The translations under genes and the position numbers were made by a program. A stretch of DNA of 64,000 bases from Eimeria praecox (taxonomy: Eukaryota). Below, piece after piece: positions 38,508-51,431 of this stretch (the first letter of the stretch is position 1; each line of letters starts with the position of its first letter). A model generated the notes under the pieces. The model was not told the DNA's origin. It was given only the letters and a program-made list of their open reading frames with translations, and made no database searches. The stretch covers positions 558,001-622,000 of the forward strand of contig OY986948.1 of NCBI GenBank assembly GCA_963920595.1, given 5' to 3'.

Positions 38508-40496
38508 ACACAAGCACATTTGGGCGGTTTAAGCTGCTGCATTTGTCCGTGTCCGTAAATGATGCTTTTTCAAATCCATCTTCCAACTCGATGGTCCGTC
38601 AGGCTTTACGTAGTAAGGCTCTATGCGCTCGCGGCTACGTTCAAAACTCTGCCAGTGGGCGCTGAGAGGCCGCCAAGCCAATTCGCCCCTTACGTATATG
38701 GCGATATCTGTTTTAAGCAGATATCGCATATGGGGAACCCACCGGAACCAGATAGCCCACTGTAAGGGCGTGCATTTTCGTATAACAGTTGCCAAACGAA
38801 GGTCTGGTGTATATGAGAGGAATGTACGGGTTGGTTTTGCTCTCAAGTGCCCCATTACTACTTACGGCTTTTCACAAGTTGGCGACAGGAGATGCAGATT
38901 GAACGCCGAAGAAAATATACGCATTCACAGGTAAGGACAATCGAAGGTAACAAAAGCAACGCATTTCTTGAAAAACGACCTGGTTTCAGCTTGCTAGGAC
39001 GCTTTCATAGGGTCAAGCATGAGCAATTAATGCTGACCCTGCAAGGTGTGTTGGATGGAAGCACGGCAACAGAATCCTACTAGACTGCGTGAGATTTGTA
39101 TATAGGTCAGCATTTAAACACGCAACGGTATTCTGCATTGCCAATTTCCCTCGGAACCGCGGCCGTAGGTGCCCAATATGAGCTGGTAGTGGACTCTAAC
39201 TGCTTTACTGCGAAGGCCGAGGGCTATAGTCAACTGCTACAGATGCGTACAACTTATTGCCAAGCTTGACGCCGTTTGCCCCTAATGGTACCTTTTGAGC
39301 ACATTTCGTCACTTTGTGGGTACTGCAGCGGTGTTCAGCCCTTGCAGCCTAATGCTACCCTCCTGCACACGAGCAGAAACGCACATCGAAAAAACTCTGC
39401 ATCTTACAGAAGCGTGGCTTTTGCGGGCACCAACGGATCCCGCATACAAGTGGACCTAGTATTCCAGTTGATAGCTACTTTGCGGACGGTGCACTTTGCA
39501 GTAGGTAGCGCCCTGGCCTGACGTCTCTATACTTTGCCAATTCTGCAGTCAAAAGGGATACGCCTAGTGGAACGACAGCTCTCGGCCGTAGCGTGGGACT
39601 GGCAAGTCGGTGCTGCAAGAGAGCCAGCAAAGAGCTTCCCCAAAGCACCTCCCGTCTCGTCTTCAGGTGCCCTGAGTACATAGCAGCCATTGTCCTGGCG
39701 GGGGTGGCGAGGGGTGGGGGCCTTCCCTAGCTTTCAGCACTTCTCGCTACAACTCCTGCCGCAAGGCAACCCCAGAATCACGCAAGTTCCAGTTCCCTTG
39801 CAACGCATGGGCCGTAAACAAGCGTTTAACACTTAACTCTCTCAGTATCCCCCAGGCAACGCCAGAGGATGCTGCCCGTTGCATATAGCCCTACTGCGGA
39901 GTTCTCTGGACAGCAAACAATAGTCTAGGGGTTTTCGAAGAGAAGTGATGCAGCCAAAGTTAGAAGGAGTAATTTGGAAGTATAATGGGTGCCGCTTTGC
40001 TGGCCACAACGGCAAGGCATTCGACGAAGAAGGCCAGTCTTTGCTCACCTCGAGAGCTCGTGACCTGTCTTGGGATATTTAAGCGTTTTGGAACGTAGCG
40101 GGCAATATTTCTAGTCGAGACCTAATTTAAAGCCGGTACTTGGGGCTGTAGTGGCATGCATACACAGTTCGCCTATGCAGTCCCAAACTAGATACTCTGG
40201 GATGACAGCGTAAGAGTCTCGTCCTTTGTGAATATTTGATGTCACTTCCGCAACTGTTGCCGAGATTCTTATTGAACAGGTGTTCCAAGGATTTCAAGTT
40301 GACTTCCAAGTTCACTGCAGTGCGGGATGCTATGATCTATAGTACATCGTCTAAAAGACACCCCGTCGGCTGCTGCAGCGGGCACGATGCAAGCTATCCC
40401 TTGCGTAGAGCGGCTTGCAGGGAGAAAAGAACATTCCTACGCATTGCATCTGAGGCGAAGCTCAAACTGGCTTTTCAACATATTCTGTAGGCGCAA

Positions 40497-42580
40497 ATGG
40501 AAGTAGAAAGCAAGGGGGAGGGAAGAATCCCCTCCGTTGTTCCAGAGCTGTGGCGCCTCGACGTGATGGCGCACCGGCTGTATATACAACGACAGCTGGA
40601 GAGGGGATTGAGAGTGTTTTGCCAGAGTTCGTGTGCTGAGGAGACGCCTAGCACCTCTTCTGGTGGGGCCCCTGCGGGTGCAGTGCTTGTGCCGTTCATG
40701 GAGCAGCAGCAGCAGCAGCAGTCCTTGCTGAGTGGAGTGTACTGGACTTTGTGCTGTCTCGCATTGTTGCAACCGCGTGCAGCAGTGTCCTTGCCTTCTC
40801 AAGCAGAGCAACACCAAGAAAAGACTCTTCTGTCGCTGCCCCTTAATGTGAAGGAGGACCTGATTTCTAAGGTCATCCTCCCTTGTCTTCGGAGGAGCCA
40901 GTGCTCAGGATGGGTTTCAGCAGCGCCGGAAGTGGAGTCCGCGGCAGACCCAGCAAAACAGGGGGCAAAGTTTGGAAAAAGCAAGACAGTGGAAGCTTCA
41001 TCCCAAAGACCCGTCCCAACGTCACCTGGAAATGCAGCATCAGCAGCAGCGGGATCTTGTACACATTGCAGCCTATCAGCTGTTGGCTTTAGCAGCCACT
41101 TGGGCGAAGATGCGACAGCTACAGCTCTCTCCACGTGCAGCGGGCTGCAAGCGTTGGCCCTCTTGGGGGCCCTCCATGTTCTCCCGGAAGGGGTCCTGCA
41201 GCAACTACGACGTTTTGTGTTGTCTCTACAGAGACGAGAGGATGGGGCGTTTGCAAACACACTGCATCCCAGCCATAATAGCAGCTGGTGCAGCTCTTGC
41301 AGCCTACCACTAGCAGGAGCAGCAGTGACCACAGCAGCACCAGCATCAGCGAAAGAGGAGTGGGAGAGTGAGGGGGACGTGCGCTGCACTTTCTGCTGTC
41401 TCCTCAGCCTGAAGTTGATACACGCTGCAGTCAAGGCTCATCGAAAGCATAACGCCGCTCCTTCGCTGTCTCAAGAGGGTGCGATGGCTGCGAATGCTTT
41501 TAGTCGTGCTACGCCAGCGGAGTCAGCGGCTGGAGAACCTGTCGTATGCCAGGAGGGGCCTACCAAACCCAACCGCTCGTCGGTACAACCTTCTGAGAAG
41601 CCCATATATGGAGCGTCTTGGGAAGCGTTCCTGCAGGATCCGCTTGCTGGCGTACGCGTTGATGCGACGGTTTCTTGGCTGTTGTCTCTTCTGGGGCCAG
41701 ACGGCGGCGTGGGTGTCTCCCCTGGTGCTGAGCCTCATGCAGGCGCCGCTTTCTGCTTTGCTGGCTGTTTGTCACTTCTAGGGAGGCGAGATGCGGTGGG
41801 AACCGAAGAGGCTCGAAGACTAGAGAGGCAAGATAAGCTGACGTACTCCCTCTTGCTGCGCCGTTGCACCTACTGCTCGGGAGCCGCTGCTTTCGCTTAC
41901 GGTGGAAACACAAACGGCGGTTGTTTTGTGGTGGTCATGGAGATAACGATTGCCTGTTGCATTTTTTTGCTGTTTTTTCCTGCTACAGGTGGCTAAGGGA
42001 ACGACAGCTCCCCGAAGGGTCTTTGCAGGGCCGCCCTGGAAAAAAAGGAGACAGCTGCTACACCTTCTGGGTGACCGCTGCGCTGCTTCTGCTGGGCAAA
42101 GCGCCGTTGAAGGTGCTGAAATCAAGCGCGCTTGCCGCTTCTGTTGCTGCGGCGCAGCACCCTTCGGGCGGCATTTCGCGGGCTCCTGCATTCTTCTCCT
42201 CGGCAGCGCGGAAGTGTTGCATGACTACCGCTTCTTCTGTGGGCTACACGGAACCTACGAAGGTAAGTAACGGAGACAACCGCAACGGCATCTGCAGCTC
42301 CATGAAGATGCTTAGTATGGGCCCACTGGACTCGGCAGAGGAGCAACTGCAGTGCCCTGACCCGTTCCACACCTTTTTTGCCTTGGCCGGCCTTGCCTTG
42401 CTTGCTCATAGCGGGGACGCAGAAGCGATGGAGAGGGAGCAGCAACAGCGGCAGCCGCACGAGGAAGGGCAAGAACAACACACCCACCAGCACGTCAGGT
42501 GGCAAACAACCTGCACTCAGTTGTTGCAGCCTCTCGACCCTGAGACGGCGCTGCCGCTGCATCTGGCAAATAGTCTCTAG
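40497..42580 (+). CDS. RABGGTB: Protein prenyltransferase beta subunit, most like Rab geranylgeranyltransferase (GGTase-II) beta (exons 40497-41827, 41989-42580)
   Basis: LSGVYWTLCCLALL, LQRREDGAF, EGDVRCTFC, EPHAGAAFC, WLRERQLPEGSLQGRPGKKGDSCYTFWV and DPFHTFFALAGL (Zn ligands D-x-C and H retained). The model needs a GC-AG intron. Confidence 0.82.
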
Positions 42581-43859
42581 ATATTTTTCACGTTTAAGAT
42601 GACCTCTCTGCGGTTGACAGGTAATCAAACTTTCCGTGCAGCTGATGGCAGAGTAGCAACTCCGGTGCCAGTGGCAGCCACGGCTGGTGAATATGCAGTG
42701 ACCGAAAGTTGCGAGGTTATGTTCCGGCAGGCTAATAACGAACTAACCGACAGTCCTGCATCCAGGCATTGGTATGTTAACTGCTGATCGTGCTTGCTGC
42801 TGTTCCGCTTCCAACTTGGCCTTCATCACACCAAGGTTTATAGGCTAGGAAATGACCCGCTAGCGAGTGAAGCACATCGCACATGGTTATGGCCATGCTG
42901 AGCACACGCGAGAAACCGTGCGGGGATAGTAGGTACCACAGCATTCTCTGGCCATTTTCCCGTTTGTACAGCTGAGTAGGCCCTTAGGTATTTATATTTC
43001 TGCGCCTCCAGAGCTGCGCACATCCCCGGTGCCTGGATCGATTTTTCCTTTGTTGATTTCCAAAGCGCCCGCCTAGATATTACGATTCATACTTTTTCCC
43101 CTTGCTGTGGGCTTCAGCCATTAACGCCACTCCGTCTCTGACATGTGCGTCGGATGGACCCATTAGTTTTGGGGTGCAGTCTGCCGAAGCTTTGCAATTG
43201 AAATAGGTCCCCAACAGGTCGCCGTGGTGAAGGGAGAGTTACCCCGTGCAGTGACTATCTGCACCTGCTAACCGTCAACATAATGCTTTGCTTCCGCTCT
43301 GCTTTTGGCCTGATGCAGGCTGCACACCAGCTTCAAACTTGTTTCCTTGAGGATACAGAGCGCAAGGCTATTTTGCCTACTTGTCACAGTGCAGGCGAGT
43401 CGGCCGCGTGCCAGTTGCTGGAGCTGAGTAGGATGTGCCACCGATTATGCCCCGGCTACCCTGATAATCATGGACTGCCCAAGGGGTATCTCCCCTCCCC
43501 CAGCGTGGTTGAATCGAAGCTGCGACGTTGCTGCTCCATTTAAAGACGGAGAAAGGCGGACTGCAACGGAATTCTGCGGGCTACAGGGCAAGACGACGGC
43601 ATGCCTTAAGTGGTAATCTACGGATGAAAGTGGTGATGGAGAGGCCATGGTGAGGCAGTGTATGGCCAATGACGTAATGATCGGTAGTTGCGCACCGCCC
43701 TGAAGATGTGGGTGGCAGGTAATCGGCAGCGCTTAAGAACAAAAGTAAGCAGAAACAGTGCACGTAAGGAGATCCGTTACTGATCAGGCTGTTTTTTTCC
43801 ATTTGGCGTAAAACGGTTGTCAACTCAGCACATAACGTTCCTCTTCCTGTGGTGCTCCG

Positions 43860-46800
43860 TGCGTGTTGCGCATGGGCGCACAGCCGATGTTGGAGTTGCC
43901 AATCTGCTACGCTGCATCAAAGGAACGATTGATGCAGATACGACAGCGTTCTCGAGCTGCCCTCCACGTGCTGCGGTGCCGAAGCTCCCCCAGCTCTCTA
44001 GCTGTGCAGGTAGTTACGAACCTACGAACTTACTTTTGGGGCCATAGGGTTGCGCGGATCAGCCTTGTGCTGTTGAGAAGCATATATAACAGGCTCCCCG
44101 AGGTGGTGCGGATATCTGAAGTTGAGTGCGGATTGGCCAGTGAGGGCTAAACAAGCGTTTAACAGCCTGCGAGAGTTTTAATCCGAACAGCAATAGGGTG
44201 CATGGAGGCACTTGCACGTAGGGTTGTTTTGCAGCAGCAGCTACGTAAGCAGATATGGGAGGATGGTGAAGGGGTTCGCTGCTCTTTTGAAAGAGTTACA
44301 ATTGCGACTACAATCCTTTTCATCGCAGGGGGAGGCACGGCACTAGTGGCTAAATCTAAGCAACGGAACCGCTGTTCCAGTTTCTAAAACATGGAAAGCT
44401 ATCGATACAGCGCTACGAGGAGAACTATCAGAAAAGTGTCCCACAGATTCGGAGCTCCTATACCAGCGATTCACAAGCGGACTGTCCCGTTGAACGAGGC
44501 AGTCAGCCACAGGCTGGGCAGTGGAGAGGAAAGGTGGAACTCCTCGCAATGGTGGAGTGTCAGTGCATCAAAAAGACAGAAAACGTCACGCCCGCAGTAC
44601 TGGTTGAGATAAAAGGAGGTGGGTACGGTCATGGCAGAGCAACCGAGGCTATGGTTTCTTTTTGGGAATGCCAGCCCTATCCACTAGAAAAGGCATCGAT
44701 TGCACAGGGCAGCCCATAAATGCGGGACTCACGAAGTCGTGCGGAGGTGCTGAGGGGCCTATCTGCCTGATTTGTAGGAAACTATAGGGCGCAATTCAAT
44801 AATTCGCGAACGCGAGGAGAGTTAAGTAACTATAGAAACTTTAATAAGCGCTGTCAGGGCAACTAACAAAGCAATCAGGGAAAAACCCTGTCCCCCAGGG
44901 GGTGCCCAGCACAGTTATGGAGTTAAAAGAGGTAATAGCTGCACCAGCAGATCCACCTCCAGTAAGCAGCGTGCTTATTTGAGGGCGCATCAGTCAGGAG
45001 CTATTAGGTCCACTTCTCACAGGTTGCAACTTTGTGACCTGATGGATGTGTGAAGCCAGGGCATTCGCCAGCAACCTACATGCGCATCCGTTAGAGCAGT
45101 CTCTGTGAATGTGTTTCGTTGATGACAGACAGGCCAGCAGTGACGTCCGCACAATCCCTGCATCTTAATTACGATAACGGTTGCATTCACGGGATAGTGT
45201 TGTAAGTTGGACCGTATCACCACGAAGTAGCCCTAGGCATGATGCGCCTGACTCAGTGTAGGGAGCGCGCGATGCCTGTAGAAGAGAATATTGCAACCTG
45301 TGTGGTGAGAAGCAATGAGAGAGTGCGCCCCATAACAGGGCGCCTCAACAGGTTTTTTTCCTCTATTGCAAGACGAGTGGAAGCAGCATCCCCACAACAG
45401 CTGATCGAGGGGGCCCCAAGCCAGTGCAGAGGTGCGGCGGCAAACAACGGCAGTATGCATGCACTCCATAGTGATGGCTCAACTAAAACGGCCGCTTTGG
45501 AGGGGTCGACGCACTTAAAGCTCGAGAAACAGCAAAAGCAGGCAAAACTGAAGGAAACGTTCCCAGATGTGCCCGGTAACAAAGAGCATTCAGATGGCTG
45601 GCTAGCCTCTAGATGCTCAACTCACTGCATCGAACATTGAACTCATCCTCAGAGCAACCGCAAAATTCGTTCCAAGGTACTGGCGACTGCCACATCTCGA
45701 AAAGGAGACCAAGAGAGAAGAAGCACAGTTAAAAAAAGGGCAATGCTATGCCGTTAACTACCGCCTTTGGACACAATCCGGTGTTTGTGAAGAAAAAAGG
45801 CGGGAGGTGGCGCATGCTTGTCAAATTAAAGCCTCTCAACAAAATTGCGGTGAAACAGAAGGTTCCTTCTCCCAAATTCGACGAACTATTTGATCGCTTG
45901 CAGGGTTCAGCATTCATCCTTCGACTTCGCTGGCGCGCGTTTGCATATTCCAGTACATTCCACCGACAGGCATATGACTGCATTCCAAACGCTCACGTGC
46001 AAACTAGAGCGCATCTGCATGGCACCTGAGTTCGTGAGTACACTTGCGGAACTGCAACAGCAGGCCACACATGACTTCTTTTGAAAAACCAATTGAGAGA
46101 TGGGTGGCAATATGCATATATGATGCGATTGTGTTCGGCAGCAATTTGCAGCACGTGCAGCATGCATGCTATGTGACTGCTACACGACAAGCAGTGGTTC
46201 GTGAAAGCAGAGAAGTGAATGTTTTTCATGGAGTCAGCAACCTCCTTTTGGAGTCATCTCCCTGCAGCCCAACTCGAACCAAACCCAGCGAAGACAGGGG
46301 TGATTCGGAAGTTGTAGCTATCCCTGTACAGGCGCACGCACGTCCAGAATTTCCTTGACCTTACATCGCACTACCTTAGGTTCATTTATGAATCCGCTTG
46401 CATTACCACCTCTTTAAAGCATCTACTGAAGAAGGACAAGCAACATACTTAAGCGGAGAAGGTAGATGAAGATCTCAGAAGCAGAAGCCCCATCAGCCTC
46501 CTGGCATCGTCGTCTATTTACTCGTGTCCCCCGATTTCGGCAAGCACTTCCATTTAACTACGAATGCCGGTGACATATCAGTTCGTGTAAGGCACTCAGA
46601 GCATAGTTCCAAAAAAGGCATCATCTACTCTTGTACTAGTCACAGTGCTTCACGGAAATAGGACATAAGTGTCCGGTGCATGAGAAGGTGCTCTGCGCAA
46701 TCCGGCGGGGCGAAAAAGAGCGTCTACATTCCTTTTATGGCAGGCAATTCACCGTTCAAACCAACCTTCAATCCCTGACACGCCTGACGATCAATTTTCA

Positions 46801-48303
46801 GGCCCGTGAAAAGAATCCATCGTCAGGTGAGGTTGGTGGCTTACGCAGTACGATTTCATAGCCAAATATTCAGGCCAAGCAATAAAGGATATCAACAACA
46901 TGGTGACTGGCGCAATCTCCCAGCATCACAGTAGCCAGGCACTGTATTTCGCAGCTTATCTCTGATGATTCCTGCTTTCTCTGTAAATTGTGTTCTTCTT
47001 CCTTATTAGATACTCCTGCTCCAGTCCTCGCTAGGGGAAGCATAGGGCGACGGGTTAAGCGCTACATCGTCGACCACGATCTCTTGTTACGCCAGAGGAA
47101 ACATGGATTCCGCCGATTATACGTTTCAGTTTCGCTTCTCACCGAACTTTGGCGCATAATGCACGCCCACGTTTTACCGGATCGGTGAGACATAACCTAA
47201 ACTCTAAACCCTCGTTTGCCCGAAATGTTGGCAGCATAAGCCGTGGACAGCTCTACGAAAAGGTTTAGACCTCAACATGGATAAGTAGGAACGTTTCAAT
47301 GGACTTCATGGTAGTTTTACCAGCACCTAGATTGCTGTGTCTGTCCACAACACCTTATATGCTATAATAAAAGGTGTTGTGGACAGACACAGCAAATATG
47401 ACAGCTGTATATGTTCTCGAGTTTAGCTACAGCAGAAGGAGTGTCCGAACTATTCATTAATCCCCTCTGGAAGTAAAAAGAATCTATGAAGCGCATCAGT
47501 AGTGCGAGTACCTCGAAGCTCTTCAGCGCTATCTGGAGTGAATTCATGAAGACTTTTTTAATATCGACCAGAACCTGACCATAGCGAAGCATCCGGAGAA
47601 AGATGGTCAAAATGAAACAGCAGCCTCACGCTGGTGCAAAATTCGGGACTCTACTTATGCCCATCAGAACTCATCAAAGTGGTTTGATATCATTTTCCTG
47701 TCCAGATGGGTTTATAATGCAACCGTGCACTCTTTGGCTCGCTGCCCTCCGGCATCCCTGGTCTACACTGAAACTCCATTGTGTGATCCGGCAGCTGGTG
47801 CTGGAACGCATGGAGAAGGCACAAGAGCGCTGTGCAAGAAATTATGGCAAACGATATTCAGCAGTAAATTTCACCCCAGGTGACTTGGACCTAATGGATT
47901 CCCACGCTCTTTTAAGCGCACATGAGAACGACCATCCGAAGAATTTCACCATTTCAGGCGTGCGGACCCTCGCTTTTCGTTCTCAAGTTACGCCGGGGGC
48001 TCACCGAGTAATCTCCGCATAGAGAGTTACACTCCATGCGGAAATGCCACTGTACGCTCCACACTATCTTCCTCAAATGGTTCAGGCAATCACCGAGCTC
48101 TCCCCGAAACCTCAGCACCAACCTGCAGCGTCACAATGACAGGAAACAAGTGGAGGAGACTTAGATTCTGCAAATAGCTGTATCGACTCACCAGGGCCAA
48201 AGCAAGCATGCATTTTATGTTAATTGGCCCAGGGAACGACATTCTGAGTGTGCTGCTGAGGATTACTTACGTGCAGCAATTCCTTAAGATAACCTAGGGG
48301 GGG
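43860..48303 (+). mobile_element. Decayed Ty3/gypsy (chromovirus-like) LTR-retrotransposon relic; boundaries approximate, LTRs not found
   Basis: Frameshifted pol remnants in RT-RH-IN order. RT: VFVKKKGGRWRMLVKLKPLNK..PKFDELFDRLQGS, HMTAFQT, YxDD decayed to CIYD (46113-46124). RNase H: EKVLCAI..FYGRQFTVQTNLQSL. Integrase: CPKC, VSMDFMVVLP, VVDRHSKY, EKAQERCARNYGKR..FTPGD. Weak gag-like KERLMQIRQ near 43.9 kb; PPT-like AGGGGGGG at 48296-48303. Confidence 0.85.
47332..47395. repeat. Perfect inverted repeat with 25-bp arms and a 14-nt spacer
   Basis: TTGCTGTGTCTGTCCACAACACCTT (47332-47356) and AAGGTGTTGTGGACAGACACAGCAA (47371-47395). Confidence 0.97.
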
Positions 48304-50584
48304 CTCCTTCAGTTAGCGGTAGCACAGATATGCACAGCGTTGCTTAAATACGCGTTTTCGCCCGATGCTTGTTGGTCAGGCACATGTTGTTGTTTAGTGT
48401 TCAAGCATGACTCTATGTTTGGACATTCTATGTAGGAGTGAAAGTCAGAACAGAATATCACATATACATGTTGATAGACCTCGTATCCTACTTATACAGA
48501 CCAGGAAGCCGTTGCTGATATCTTTCCTACCATAGCATACTTTGGAGCTGAGGCACCCCCACTTGTGGGGCTGGTGGGCCCCGCTGGTGCACCTTCCGAT
48601 GCTGCCCTCTGGCAGCATCAAACTACATATCTTAGCTTTGTTCGCATGCTCGCGCAAAAGGGTAGTTCTCATTCTTCTAGACAAGCGCATTGCCATACCT
48701 GACCAGTGGCCACTTCACTGGGTGATCCCACTGTCGCGAGCAGTTGGTGTAGTGAACAACTGGCTGTTACTACGATAGATCCCTAGGTTAGATAGAATTG
48801 GTGCACACGCTACTATCTCGCTCTTAAACCTATGATTCTCGCTGAAACCACTAATAATCAGCGTTAACAACCAAATATATGATCGAGTTCTTATTATTGT
48901 TCCCCAAGGAAAACCCAGAATAATAGAACTGATGCTCGACCCTCGCTAAGGGCCAGGACCAGAGTCACAGCAGTAAGTCAGCAGCCGCAGCAGTCTAGTG
49001 CAGCGGGACCTTTCCAGATGCCGCCCACCCCTTCACCTCGTTACTTTCATTTTTTTTCTCTTTTTACTCATGGATGGCCAGGCATACGAGGGCGTGTGCC
49101 ACTTGGGAGCAGTGCGGAGTAGATTTGGCACGCTATGCGTGATGCTGGTCCTCACTTCCCGTAGGCTGAATACGGATGATAAACTACGTGATTAAAGCCA
49201 GTTTACATGACTGCCTACAGTGATAGCGCATGCAGCAAAGTTGCACTGGCTGTGTGTGTATGTGGGCTGCCGTGCAGGAAGAAACGTTGCAGCCTACGAC
49301 CGGTCGGCCAATGTTTCTACCAACTCGGGCCCTTGTACCAGTGTGTCCAATGCACGAGGAGGCTGAATGGAGGCTAGCTGCTTCTTGCAAACACCTTGTG
49401 TAAGCCTGTGACTCTACTGCAGTTCGCGACTGCCCTCGGCTAATACCGAAGGCTCTAGTTGTATAGACTGTAGTATAGACAGCGGTTAAACGCTTCCTTG
49501 GCCCCCCTTGGTCAAGCTATGAATTAGCAGAGATGCAAGTACCAACATCACACAGACAACGCCATACTGGCGGTTATTCTCGGTTCCTGTTGAACGGTAG
49601 AATGCCCCTGCTAGGCTACTCGGCCGCTCCCAGGGCCGTCCTTGAAATTCCCACTTAAATCTCACAATAGTGCCAACTCTAGCAAACCAGTTGTTATCGT
49701 TAATATTGCGTGGCTCATCGACCATGTGAAGACTCTAGGAAGCCGCTTATTATCATTCACTCTGCGTGACGCATGATCTGGGTGATCTACGCCCACCGCT
49801 ATCCACAGTCGCATTGTACTCAGCCGCTCAAAACTGACACCGCTTGATATATTACTATTCATTTTACACTTACTTGCATCTAAATGGCAGTTTAAGGACT
49901 CTGAACGACCAGACTTAAAACATGCAGTGTCAATATATGTTATTGTAGCGGAACGCTACCTTGATCATGGCCAGAGCATGCCAGAAAAAAATTTAGCACT
50001 GTATGGTCCTATGACGTATCTGCGCCAGTAGTTAAACAGTTCCGCACACTACAATTCAATCCTCAAATAACTAGAAAAGGGATTCCCTAGGGGCGTTTTG
50101 CAGCTTCAGTATACCTGTGACCAAGGTGGGCGCACGTGGGTTCGTTCAGGCAGGCATGCGCCTGCTGGTGCACGCTTGTTGTCACCCCTCCTCCACCCCA
50201 CGGTAGTATTTCGTATAGGCATCACGGAAACCTTGTCTGTCAGGATATTTTCTTTGTGTCTTGATTATAGTTAAGGTAGGCTTGGGAAATGCGTGTCGTT
50301 CTCCTGTGATAGTTTCCGGCCAAGGTGCCCCAAGGCACTTTTTGCGATCACAAGACGTTATTCAGAGCACCCAGCCACGCTGCTGCCACCAGCCGTTCTC
50401 TCATAAACGTCCGACTTGCTTTTTAAAATGAATTTAATTGTTGAATGCTTGATTTTGAGTAAATTCCAGGGCCAGCATGTCCCGTGGAAAAGATGCTTGC
50501 ATTCGTCCATTGTCCGCTGCTGCAGTTGTGTTTTCGGTGGCGATTTCCTCAGGAAAGCGGACTTGCGGAGGCTGCGTCACGAAA

Positions 50585-51431
50585 ATGGGAGATATTCAGA
50601 GAGGCACCTGCAAGTGGTTTGACTCAAAGAAGGTCCGCTGGTAGTCCCATAGCCTGCATTGCTGGCCACCAGGCCCTTTTGGCCTGAATGGTGGCGTGTA
50701 TATTTGGTTTTTGAAAGTTGTTGTTATCTGAATTTAGGGGTTTGGATTTATCACTGCTGAAGATGGAACGGATCTTTTCGTTCACCAGACGGCAATAAAG
50801 GCCGCCGGCTTCCGAAATCTCTGTGAAGGAGAAGAAGTTGAATTTCTGGTTCAGTCTGGCGATGACGGTCGCAAGAAGGCCGTCAATGTGACTGGCCCTG
50901 GCGGCGGCCCTGTCAAGGTGAGTGTTGAAGCTTCGAATATGTTGTTACACGGCAGGCTCGCGTGCACCAGCGCACGAAACGCTTGGTGTTGTTACCTTTT
51001 CTCAGGGCGATTCTCACAGAATGTCACCTTCATATGGTGGAGGCAGCCGCGGGGGGCGCGGATATAACGGAGGAGGGTACAATGGCGGAGGCTATGGTGG
51101 AGGAGGCGGTGGCGGTTATGGAGGTGGCGGCTACTCCAGTGGCTATGGCGGCAGTGGGAATGGCTACGGCAGCGGCGGAGGTTATGGCGGAAGTGGGAAC
51201 GGCGGCAGTTACGGCGGAAGTGGGAGCGGCGGGGGTTATTCAGGTGGGAACGGCGGTGGCTACGGCGGTGGAAACGGCAGTAGCTACGGTGGAGGCGGCT
51301 ACGGCGGCTCCAGCTACGGAGGGGGTAACGGGGGTGGTCGAGGAGGTTATGGGGACACTAGCAGTAGCCGCGGGGGAGGCGGATACGGCGGTGGTGGATA
51401 TGGTGGCAGCGGCTACAACAACTACGTATGA
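50585..51431 (+). CDS. Cold-shock domain protein with a Gly/Tyr/Ser-rich tail (exons 50585-50632, 50738-50917, 51006-51431)
   Basis: MGDIQRGTCKWFDSKK-GFGFITAEDGTDLFVHQTAIKAAGFRNLCEGEEVEF..KAVNVTGPGG carries RNP1 and RNP2; then GGYGG/RGG repeats. Phase-0 GT-AG introns. Confidence 0.95.

Noticed and set aside
40799..41434. Long antisense and alternate-frame ORFs over real genes (also 2464-2799 and 50962-51462)
   Set aside because: Shadows of GC- and CAG-rich or Gly-repeat coding sequence.
48304..49000. 3' LTR of the retrotransposon after the G-run
   Set aside because: No matching 5' copy or TG...CA termini found by eye.
49121..49570. Inverted similarity between 49121-49160 and 49531-49570 (CVMLVL in both ORF translations)
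   Set aside because: Short and low identity; compatible with chance. No TIR/TSD structure.
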